A stretch of 64,000 nucleotides of DNA from Priapulus caudatus (taxonomy: Eukaryota), in contig NW_014577084.1 of the NCBI RefSeq assembly GCF_000485595.1, positions 739,730 through 803,729 of the forward strand. Direction: 5' to 3'. The first letter of the stretch is position 1. Every line of letters begins with the position of its first letter. Below are positions 50,377-62,315 of the stretch, piece after piece. The notes beneath the pieces were generated by a model, which saw only the letters and a list, made by a program, of their open reading frames with translations, did no database searches and was not told where the DNA came from. A program made the position numbers and the translations under genes.

Positions 50377-51328
50377 GGAGGGAACCGGGTAAAGCGGAAC
50401 ACAGGGCAAAGTGGAATTGTCTCAGCAGATCTATGTTGATGCCCCCATCTATCTGTGACTGTTTGTCATTAGAAGCTCAGTTGATGATGCATCGTTTTTG
50501 ATGGATGCCATTTGCATGAATCAGCTATGTACATTTTTTTGGAGGAAAGTCTGTTTTTTATGTGTTTGAAATAATATTTCTTAAAAATGAATCATCTGCT
50601 AAATCACTGTGATCTTGTGGAATTTATGTTAGGCTATTTTGTTGAATCTAAGGCCTATGTGTGCCATATGCATGATGACATTATTTGCGTAGTTGTCTGC
50701 ACAGCGTAACGCCACATGTCTAGAGCTATCATGTGTTTCGGGCAAAGTGGATGGGCCAAAAGGTGGAACAGGGTTCCACTTTGCCCCGGCCATATTTGAT
50801 AGGCCTAAATGTATATCATTATTATCAGATTATTTATTATGATCTGAATTAGTACTCTCAGTAGTAGGTAGGCCTATGTCTGTCTTGCATCATTTTAACA
50901 CCTAAACTCGGTAACATTGGCATAACTGTGTCTTCCCTAGACTTAATTATTGTATAAGCGTCTATATAATGGCATTTTTCTTTCATATTTTAGGCAAAAT
51001 GGTACGCAACTATGAATTTTGATGTTCAGAGTTAGACACTGAAGAGGACGCAACATTTTTGACACAATATACATGGAGTAAAAATGACATTCCACCTTTC
51101 CCCATAACAGGTTTCACTTTGCCCCGGGAGTCTGGGCAAAAATGAAATATTTATAAATTTTATAATTTTGTATATTCAATAAAGTCGTTTTTTAAATTAA
51201 CTTTGTTTGTACCGCTGTTAGTTCTTGTCCTAAGCCAAAGGATTAGAGCCAAACATTTCACTTTGTCTCGCTCTTTCACGCGTTTTGGCCAACCAAATTT
51301 CTTTGGTCCACTTTGCCCCGGGTTCCCC
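50377..51328. mobile_element. TA-TSD non-autonomous element (IS630/Tc1/mariner-type), excised in the duplicate copy
   Basis: TA|GG(A)GGGAACC..GGGTTCCCC|TA with repeated GGGCAAAGTGG motifs; homologous site at 58529 reads TA-GGG-TA. Confidence 0.8.
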
Positions 51329-52537
51329 TACGTACAGGCCAGCGATTGCATTTCTATGTTTGTGTGTTTTTTGGAAAACATTATACAACGCGAACTTCAT
51401 TAATTGTCTGTAAATAATTGTCTATCTTTTTCAGAGGAACAGTCAATTAAGCGTCAGAGTGCGCCAGGGCTGCGCCGTTGCGCCACGGTGCGTTTCTATT
51501 GTGTTGATTCCGCGATAGAAATCTTAGAATAAACGAACCAAGCATTTCGCACAAGGTATTTACAATTGTCGACGCAGTTTAGTTGCATATGTTTGTTCAT
51601 ACGAATTCAACGTGCTTGCTGAATGTGAGAAAAGATTCGTTGAGAACATTTAAAATATTAGCAAAAGAAGGAACCACGCGCTATATGCATGTATATAGAA
51701 TGGCTCTGCATTCATCAACATTTCCAAATCGATGTTTGATACATGTGTGAATGTATGCATAAGGTAGCAGAATAGTCTAATAGGCTATACAAATTCTTAG
51801 ATGAATTGCCTGAAAGATTCACTCGGGTAGTTTATTAATGATAAAAATATATAGATATAGGTAGGCCTACGTATATGCGATGGGTAATTTAGAGATATGG
51901 CGTATATACTGTATTTACATATGCTATTATAAGATATATATCAAGTAAATATAATGTAACAGTGAAAATACACTCTCGGTTATCAAATATTTCAGCAACG
52001 ATAGTGTGTTATAGGGTACCCACGGTTATATTTGTGTACGACTGCACCTGTATATACGTGATGGTGAAGTGATAAAGGATTGTGCGTCCAAATTCTAAAT
52101 AAAAACAATGCACACTTTCTAGCATAACCGTTAATCTATTAACTAATCTAACACTAGATCTACTACAGATGATAGCAAGGACCTATATGCGTATCAACCC
52201 CTGTATTGCTAAACACTACATGACGATCGAATGAATAAACGCAAGATAAGGTGCCAATTAAGCTTTGGGCATCAAAAACTGAAAATTAAACTATATGTGG
52301 GTTACGTGTTAGAAATCAATTATGCGTGTTACGTAGACGTCAATCGAGCTAGACATGTACATTCCACGTGTTTTAAAGGTTACGAGATTAATTTCAGTGC
52401 TGCCAACTTTAATACTTTTTTTTAATGTATTATAACGTCTTTAAAGAAATATGACTTTTTTACTTTTTTCATGCAAAAAACTTTTAAATCCTTTTTTTGC
52501 CAAAAGATGTAAAAACTCTTTCGGACATACATTTAGG

Positions 52538-52958
52538 CAAAGAGCTTATAATGATAAGAGGTGACACTCGCCAGAAATAGTTTACATGGTACTTCTTCCA
52601 CACCAATAAATTCACAGCATTAAACAAGCCACAATGTTTGTAACGAATGTAAATCATATTATACTTATTTGACAGGGTGTAAAGAAAATGGGTAGTGAAC
52701 ACCAGAAGAGCTGATTTAGACCCAATATTCAATTCAGAGTATTCTTACCGAAATAGGCAACTGTGCGCTCATCATTTGAGACAGCCAATTTATGAACAAA
52801 CACATGCAAATAAGTCGTGGAATGCTGTCCCCACTATAATTCACTGGACCAAATCGAGGTTCATCCCAGACCCTTCCTGGCCAAGAGACTCTCCTTCATG
52901 TCATCCAAACTGCTACTCCAGCAAGCAAGAAAAAAAACTGTATTACATTATATATCAG

Positions 52959-52993
<35 letters not shown>

Positions 52994-55128
52994 GCATGTT
53001 TTGTACAGTACCAGTGCATGGCTACTCTTTAAACCATTTTTAGATTAATATGCAATAAGTAAACTGATGATAACTCTTACCCTCCTTTTACAAAAGAGCC
53101 TTATACAGAGCCAGCCAAAGAGCTATGTGTCACTCGCTATATATCATCATGTAATTTGATTAAGGATTATTCCAATTCCAATTATTGTTAATTTATTGAA
53201 TATCTGTTTTGGTCATGTTGTTGGTATAAAAAGCAAACATTTTGCATACTCTTTTTTTTTTTGCCTGAAATTCATACAATGAATTTTTGTGCTTGTACAC
53301 TGTCTGCTAGAGTAACGTAACTAGTGCACCATTCACATTTGACGATGTTGAACCGAACGTGGCCAGAGCACTGTTGACCCAATTATGCTATATCTCAGAG
53401 TGACACCTCTTAATCTGTATATAGGCTCTTTGCTTCGGATAAAATGTTCTAATTCCAGTTGTATTACATAGGCATAGTGTAGGCGCGTTCACTAGGCGCA
53501 TATATAGGCGCGTTCACACTGCGGGAATGGAAGCGGGATGCAAATATCGGTTTTTGATCGCGATCGAAATCTCAGATTTTTACAAATGTGAACGCGAAAA
53601 ATCTCCTACGGTATCGCACGATCAGCATATCCTCGCTGCAAAGTCGCACTTAGACTGCGATTTGGGATTAGCGCGAATAATTGCACCGCAGCGTGTGTGG
53701 TGAACGCCCTCGCGCGACAAATAATCCCGGTATTTCTAATCCCCTCTACGATGTGTTTACGTAAATACGGCGAGACGTAGAGTTAGCCATATCGTTAACG
53801 AACAGAAGCTAGAGAGCATACGTTAACGTAACAGAGCTAGACTACTACCAACGGACTGCACTGCGTGTTAACGTGAATCGAACACCGGACCTCGAAGTCC
53901 CGTTTAGTCAAATTCGCGCGCGTGGCGCGAGCGACCGGGTTATATTCCCGCGCTTGATATCAGGCATGCGCAGTTCGATTAATAGAATTTACCGCTCGGC
54001 GATTAGCGAGATATTTCCGCCTGTGTCGAACAAGGCACAATTATCTCGGTATTTCCATCGCGATTAGCATTCGCGGTTTTTCTTGTGTGTGAACATACGG
54101 TTTTTCTTGCGTCGTGAAATATGCAGGATGAGTTCAATAGCACAGCAAGCCACCTTAGCAAAGCAGGCCACTCACGAAAGAAAACAAACCAAGAACAGAT
54201 GGTCAACGTCCTCAGAACACAGACTATCTAGAATGAAAAAACGCACATTCTTGGAAGAGTACATTAAAGATGACTCCAATTGTAGCTGGCTTTAGGCAAT
54301 ATCTGCCAAGTCGGACGTAGAGTTTATAAAAATCACAAATGCTGTTATCAATAGATCAAAAAAAGAGAAACAATTAGAACACAAAGCATATCTGACCGTA
54401 GCTTGCTCTCTTCTATATCTTTTATCCAAAGTAGGAGAGCTATACAAATTGGCTAAAGTCGTTAATTGCTAATTGCTATGAATTTCTGAGACAAAAAGAG
54501 TATGCAATCAGGGTTGCTTTGTCATACAACTTCCATTTTGTTGTTTTACTAGAATAGTTGGAAACCTGCTTTGAAAATGTGTTTCCATCTGTCCAGCACA
54601 TGAAGAGCTTACGAGAGCTATGTTTGACTGCAAAGAATGTGTGGCCAGGGTGTTACTACATGTGAAGATGCGTAATGCATTGGACAAATCCACAGAATAA
54701 TGATATTTTACATGTAAAATACGATTGCTCAATACTTGAAAATGTTTAATATTAACCCATTGCATCAAAAACATGCAAAAGAAATAGAAAGGATTATGAA
54801 ACTTACCAACATTTGTAAGATAGAATACATTTAGATTTAATTAATATAATTGCCAAGGATCAGTCAATCTTATCTCATTTGTTTGAGGAATTTTGTTAAG
54901 CACTGCTGTATTATGTGGCATTGACGAGAACATAGTCACTCTGCTCCGATGTGTTTAATTATATGGCCATATTCACATAAAAAGCAATCAAAATGTAATG
55001 ATAATATTATTCTTGCAATGGTTATATTCATTTTAATGAAGCTGTCACTAGGTGGCAGCACTTGCCAATCCAAATTACATAGCGTTAGATAGGAGGCTTG
55101 GTCACCTCTTATCATTATAAGATCTTTG
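52538..55128 (+). mobile_element. Internally deleted P-superfamily (THAP9/Galileo-like) transposon, copy 1
   Basis: TIR CAAAGAGCTTATAATGATAAGAGGTGAC / GTCACCTCTTATCATTATAAGATCTTTG; 7-bp TSD ATTTAGG; THAP remnant (WVVNTRRADL..RQLCAHH..WNAVPTI) at ~52690-52845; transposase remnants at ~54127-54820. Confidence 0.88.
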
Positions 55129-55401
55129 ATTTAGGTACAAACTACACGAATCACGATAAAACATTGCATGGTCAGGTCAAAGCGTCGATGACTAAAATAA
55201 TGTGTAGCTAATACAAACTGTCTCGGAACTACCTTCTACGAGGAGGGAACTTGCAACACAGAATCTAAAGAAGCCAGCCGAACTACTTATTACAAGGCAA
55301 ACGGACCAGGCTCTCCGGTTACACGTCGTACGCCAACGTAGGTTAGCGAGAAGGGAAATTGTGGCTAAATTACAAAGCATGCTCAAATTGATAAATTTAG
55401 C

Positions 55402-55941
55402 CCCGGGGGGGGGTCACTCTTATTAAACATTATACCCATGGCATTCTCACTAAAAATAATAGCCCCCCCCTAGTGCGAACTGCCACATTGAAAACCCGTA
55501 CCCCCTATGCAGACACAATGAAAGAAATACCACCCCATTGCATACACAATGAAAATATCCCACCCTCTATTGCATACACAATGAAAGAGTTCCTACCCGG
55601 CGGCCTACTACCCTATTGCGAGGTCTTGCAGACAAATGGAGGGCAAGAGTGGAGGGAATACTGTGATCAACTCAAGAAGACTACTTGCAACTCTCGTGTC
55701 TACGGGCCGCCCGTTCGGGGCCTAGGACGGGGTTACTAGTGGTTTCGTCATGAGGGGGGCCACTGCGGGCGCGGTGCTTGACTGTGAGCGATCCCAGGGC
55801 TTTTGCGCGATTAGCTTCTGTAAAGGGGGGCCCTATTGCTCCCGGGCGGGCCCCTTTTAGAAGTTGAAAAACACCCCCCTAACTCGCAAAAGTTTGGAAC
55901 AGCACATGGGTAAATAACGCGCATATATAGTGACCCCCGGG
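55402..55941. mobile_element. Unclassified DNA element with CCCGGG termini and 8-bp TSD (duplicate at 62593-63140)
   Basis: AATTTAGC|CCCGGGGGGG..GTCACT...AGTGACCCCCCCGGG|AATTTAGC, exact in copy 2. Confidence 0.75.
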
Positions 55942-58147
55942 AATTTAGGCACGCGACATTAATGCCAATTCAGTACGGGCCGTATATAGGATGAAGTTCA
56001 TCTATCTCTTATGGCTTTTGATACAGTTTTGTACATTTTGTAGCTATGTTTTCGCTGTATATTAAGGGATGTGAGTAATAAATTAGCTACTGGATTGTCT
56101 TCGTGTACACCAGTAACTAGGGAAATAGGTGGAGAACAGGATATACGCACTAGTAAAAATATATAACCATCACATGGAATGGTAAATTGGAAACGATGTT
56201 ATGTTATCCCTTCGTAGGTGCCTAGATGCACAGGAAAGGCAGTGACAAAGGGAAAATCTCTAACGTCGTGTGTCGCGCGCTGCTACTAGCCTCGGCGTGT
56301 CCATGACAGGTCAACATCCGCATCTCCTTCTCCAGGTCTCATGTGGTATCTCCTCCGTCTGGCGTCCATCTAAGTGCCGTGTTTCGTTATGGCACCTTCT
56401 TTCATCCGGGCGCATGACCGACCAAGTCCTTTAAAAGTCTATAACAGCGAAATTAATTGAATGCAATGAAACCTGTCGGTTTCAGAATGATAGCTCTGAA
56501 AATGTTCGGCTGAAAATTCTGAATTTCTCAGATTGTGTCAAAAATAGTCACTTTCTGGACAAAGCGCTTTTTATATTATCTGCCTTCCAATCTGCTCGCT
56601 TCTTAGTGGATGGTTGGCCTTCACTAGATTGCTTTTTGAGTTCTTGTGTAAAGCTGTCTCGTCACCTAGTGATAGGCTGATGGTTGTAATTTTTTGGAGT
56701 CGGTTTTCTTTCCTTTTTAGATTTTTTCGTGATCCCACTTTGATTTTCGATGTCCCGCATCGCTGCGTTGTACGTCTTGTTTTCTGACAGCGTGCGATGG
56801 TGTTATTCGTATTTCTCATCGTTTGGGGTGGCGCCTCCATAGTCACTAGACTTCCCGACCTTCTGGAACTGTGACTCATTGGCCATCAGTTTTGAGTGAT
56901 GCCGAATGAATTCGGCCTGAATATTTCGTATTGAGATTGTGGCTTGAGTCTCGGATGACAGCGGCGTTGCTCTCTCCATATCAATGGAAACATGCCAGAC
57001 TGGCAGTATTTTCGTGAACCTGTCCTATAGTGAGTCCTCGCTGAGCGAGAGCGATTCACTATCTTTGAACTTCTCCAAGGCTGGTTCTGCCGCACCTCTC
57101 GCCTAGTTGCCGAATCGATCTTCGCGTTATCGTTGAGAGGTAAATCTGAACTTCCGTAAGGCAGTGATAACCCGTCGGTTGATTCTACCTTCGAAAGGTC
57201 CCAGAACGTCTTCTGTATTGATTTTTCTGCTGCTCGTTAGGTTCTGACTCAGCTGATGAAGTGCGTTTCTTTGGCGATACTTTAAAAACCCAAACTCTGC
57301 GACACGATTAATGAAAACGTCTCTCTCAGCGGGTAGCTGTACCTCCGTTTCATTCGCGTTTTTCGATCATGGCCCCGCCGGCGTCTAGACACAGTCATAG
57401 CTGCGCACCTAATCGACACTGACAGGCTACGTGGACGTCAAATAACGCCACGGCAGTACGATCAATATCGATAACATAGACGAATGCCATAGCATTTGTT
57501 CTTATTCGGCAACTTTGGGTTTTCCGACCAGGGTCACTCAATAGGTGGCCGATTTATCGTTAACTTCGCTTGAAAAGCGCGCACCTGGCAATCAAGACAG
57601 GGGGACCCGGAAATGCCGAGTTGCATAAAAAACTGTCACCGTCCTAATAGATAATAATGTCCAGGGTCTGCGCGCGATTTGCGTTTGTGCACGTTATAAA
57701 CACGACATTGTCAGTTGCTAGCCATAGAAATATATAGGGACAACCTACCTTAAAGTCTTACCTATATTATTTTCTAGACCTATACTCGCTTCGGCTACTA
57801 CTTACAATATACTACTAAATCTAAATTTATATGGGCAAATATTAATTATGGCAATATTTAGATTTATTTATAATTCGTCATTATTCCACAGGTGTTATGG
57901 AAATTGTGCGTGAATACAGTCGTACTCGAGGCACGGTCATTACTCTTCGACTACATGGTATCTCGCGAATGCTTATTAGTTTATTCAGGGCTTCACGTGC
58001 AGTCTGACATTTTCGTTTGACGTAGGAATGATGTATTATGTTCAGGTGTAAGCACGCATGTTATGGAACGGTTTGGCTTTATCGAATCTATCATGCAGCG
58101 CGACGACTTTGNNNNNNNNNNNNNNNNNNNNNNNNNTATATATACAT

Positions 58148-58197
58148 CAGGAGTAGATAATAGGGTATATAGATATAGTCCCTATTATCTACTCCTG
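58148..58197. mobile_element. 50-bp hairpin with 8-bp TSD (also at 49996-50044)
   Basis: ATATACAT|CAGGAGTAGATAATAGGG..CCCTATTATCTACTCCTG|ATATACAT. Confidence 0.7.
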
Positions 58198-58210
58198 ATA
58201 TACATGTATG

Positions 58211-58255
<45 letters not shown>

Positions 58256-59742
58256 GCGCATTATGTAGGCGCGTATCATTCTGCGTGTATAGGGGCTTAT
58301 ATGATATTGAAACACACCGAGGTCGCTGGAACCACACCATTGTGCAAGTTTATGACATACAGTATACGCACAGTATTCGTTGCCAGTGTACCCATGCAGT
58401 AAGAGGAATAAGGGATTACCTGCTCGTATTCTGGAATACCTGTTGCATTACTAGATTATCTTTTGACCACATATCGAGCATATTCGTCTGCATTTTACAC
58501 CACCCGGTTGTATATTCTATTACGATCGTAGGGTACGTACAGCCAGCGATTGCATTTCTATGTTTGTGTGTTTGTTTGGAAAACATTATACAACGCGAAC
58601 TTCATTTAATTGTCTGTAAATAATTGTCTATCTTTTTCAGAGGAACAGTAATTAAGCGTCAGAGTGCGCCAGGGCTGCGCCGTTGCGCCACGGTGCGTTT
58701 TCTATTGTGTTGATTCCGCGATAGAATCTTAATAAACGAACCAAGCATTTCGCACAAGGTTATTTACAATTGTCGACGCAGTTTAGTTGCATATGTTTGT
58801 TCATACGAATTCAACGTGCTTGCTGAATGTGAGAAAAAGATTCGTTGAGAACATTAAAATATTAGCAAAAGAAGGAACCACGCGCTATAGTATATGCATG
58901 TATATAGAATGGCTCTGCATTCATCAACATTTCCAAATCGATGTTTGATACATGTGTGAATAGTATGCATAGGTAGCAGAATAGTCTAATAGGCTATACA
59001 AATTCTTAGATGAATTGCCTGAAAGATTCACTCGGGTAGTTATATTTAATGATAAAATATATAGATATAGGTAGGCCTACGTATATGCGATGGGTAATTT
59101 AGAGATATGGCGTATATACTGTATTTACATATGCTATTATAATGATATATATCAAGTAAATATAATGTAACAGTGAAAATACACTCTCGGTTATCAAATA
59201 TTTCAGCCAAACGATAGTGTGTTATACCCACGGTTATATTGTGTACGACTGCACCTGTTTATACGTGATGGTGAAGTGATAAAGGGATTGTGCGTCCAAA
59301 TTCTAAAATAAACAATGCACACTTTCTAGCATAACCGCTGTAATTATTAACTAATCTAACACTAGATCTACATACATGATAGCAGGACCTATATGGTATC
59401 AACCCCGTATTGCTAAACACTACATGACGATCGAATGAATAAACCAAGATAAGTGCCAATTAAGCTTGGCATCAAAACTGAAAATTAAACTATATGTGGG
59501 TTAGTGTTAGAAATCAATTATGCGGTGTACGTTAGAAGCAATCGAGCTAGACATGTACATTCCAGTGTTATTAAGGTTTACGAGATTAATTCAGTGCTGC
59601 CACTTTATACTTTTTTTTAAGTATTATACGTCTTTAAAGAAAATATACTTTTTATACTTTTTTCATACTTTTTTCATGCATAAAAACTTTTAAATCCTTT
59701 TTTTGCCAAAGATGGTAAAAACTCTTCGGACATACATTTAGG

Positions 59743-62315
59743 CAAAGAGCTTATAATGATAAGAGGTGACACTCGCCAGAAATAGACACTCGCCACTCAC
59801 CCAATAAATTAACAGCATTAAACAAGCCACAATGTTTGTAAACTAATGAAATGCATATTATACTTATTTGACAGGTGTAGAAAATGGGTAGTGAACACCA
59901 GAAGAGCTGATTTAGACCAATATTCATCAGAGTATCTTAACCGAAATAGGCAACTGTGCGCTCATCATTTCGAGGACAGCCAATTTATGAACACAACACA
60001 TGCAAAATAAGTGTGGAATGCTGTCCCCACTATATTCAATGGACCAAATCCGAGTCATCCAGACCCTTTCCTGCCAAGAGATCTCCTTCATGTCATCCAA
60101 CTGCTACTCCAGCAAGCAAGAAAAAAAAACTGTATATACATATATATCAGGAGATATATATATATATATATATATATATTGCATGTTTTGTACAGTACCA
60201 GTGCATGGCTACTCTTTAACCATTTTTAGATAATATGCAATAAGGTAAACATGATGATACCTGTACCCTCCTTTTACCAAAGAGCCTATACAGAGCCAGC
60301 CCAAAGAGCCTATGTGTCACTCGCTATATATCATCATGTAATTTGATTAAGGATTTATTCCAATTCCAATTATTTAATTTATGGAATTATCTGTTTGGTA
60401 TCTTGTTGGTATGAAAAGCAAACATTTTGCATACTCTTTTTGCCTTAGAAATTCATACAATGAATTTTGTGCTGTGTATCACTGTCTGTAGAGTAAGTAA
60501 CTAGTTCACCTTCACATTTAACGATGTTGAACAACGTGGCCGCACTGTTGACCCAATTATGATATATCTCAGGAGTGACACCTCTGATATGTTATAGGCT
60601 CTTTGCTTCGGATAAAATGATTCTATTCCAGTTGTATTACATAGGCATATGTAGGCGCGTTCATAGGCGCATATATAGGCGCGTTCACACTGGCGGGAAT
60701 TAGCGGGATGCAAATCTCGGTTTTTGCATCGCGATCGAAATCTCGAGATTTTTACAAATGTGAACGCAAAAATCTCACTACGTATCGCGATCAGCATCGC
60801 GCTGCAAATCGCACTTTAGACTGCGATATTTGGGAATTAGCGCGAATAATTGCACCGCAGCGTGTGTGTGAACGCTCGCGCAAATAATCCCGGTATTTTC
60901 TATCCCCTCATACGATGTGTTTACGTAAATACGTGCAGACGTAGAGTAGCATACGTTAACGTAACAGAGCTAGAGTAGCACACGTTAACGTAACAGAGCT
61001 AGAGTAGCATACGTTAACGTAACAGAGCTAGAGTAGCATACGTTAACGTAACAGAGCTAGACTACTACCAACGACTGCACTGCCGTGTACGTGGAATCGA
61101 ACACCGAACTCGAATCCCGGTAGTACATAATTCGCGCGCGCGCGAGCGGAAGGGTTATATTCCGGCTTGATATCAGGCATGCGCAGTTCGATTAATAGAA
61201 TTATCCCGCTCGGCGATTAGCGAGATATTTCCGCCTGTGTGAACAAGGGCACAATTATCTCGGTATTTCCATCGCGATTAGCATCGCGGTTTTTCTTGTG
61301 TGTGAACATAGGTTTTTCTTGTGTGTGAATATGCAGGATGAGTCAATAGCACAGCAACCACCTAGCAAGCAGGACACTCCACGAAAGAAAAAACTCAAGA
61401 CAGATGTGCAACGTCTCAGAACACAACTATCTAGAATTAAAAAACGTACATCTTGTAAGAGTACATTAAAGATTGACTCCATTGTAGCTGGCTTAAGGCA
61501 ATATCTCCCAGGTCGGACTGTAGAGTTTATAAAATCACAAATGCTGTTATCAATAAGATCAAAAAAGAGAAACAGATAGAGCATATCTGACCGTATGCTT
61601 GCTCTTTCTATCTTTTATCAAAGTAGGAGAGCATACAAATTGCTAAGTCGTTAATTGCTAAATTGCTATGAATTTCTGAGACAAAAAGAGTATGAATCAG
61701 GGTTGCTTGTCATACCAACTTCCAGTTTTGTTGGTTTTACAGATAGTTTGGAAACCTGCTTTGAAAATGTGTTTCCATCTGTCATGCACATGACAAGAGT
61801 CTTACAGAGACTATGTTTGACTGCCAAAGAATTGTGCCAGGGTGTTAATTACTACATGTGAAGATGCGTAATGCATTGGACAAATCCACAGAATGATGAT
61901 ATTTTACATGAAAATACGATTGCATCATACTTTGAAAATGTTTAATATTAACACCAGTGCATCAAAAACATGCAAAAGAAATAGAAAGGTTATGAAATTA
62001 CAACATTTGTAAGATAGATACATTTAGATATTTAATTAATATAATTGCCAAGGATCAGTCAATCTTATCTATTTGTTGAGGAATTTTAGTTAAGCACGTG
62101 CTTATTATGTGGGATTGACGAACATAGTCACTCTGCTCCGATGTTTTAATTATATGGCCATATTCAATAAAAAAGCATCAAAATGTAATGATAAGTATTA
62201 TCTTGCAATGGTTTATATTCATTTTAATGAAGCTGGTCACTAGGTGGCAGCACTTGCAATCCAATTACATAGCGTTAGATAGGGAGTGTCACCTCTTATC
62301 ATTATAAGATCTTTG
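59743..62315 (+). mobile_element. Same P-superfamily element, duplicated copy 2
   Basis: 32-bp TIR (1 mismatch), TSD ATTTAGG; TPRKKKLKTDVQRLRTQLSRIKK..FIKSQMLLSIRSKKRNR..SDRMLALSIFYQSRRAYKLL (61337-61650) abuts the C-terminal GLLVIPTSSF..KIRLHH..KRNRKVMKLQHL* (to 62012). Confidence 0.88.

Noticed and set aside
57723..57777. Another CATAGA hairpin scar
   Set aside because: Weak arms and no matching TSD.
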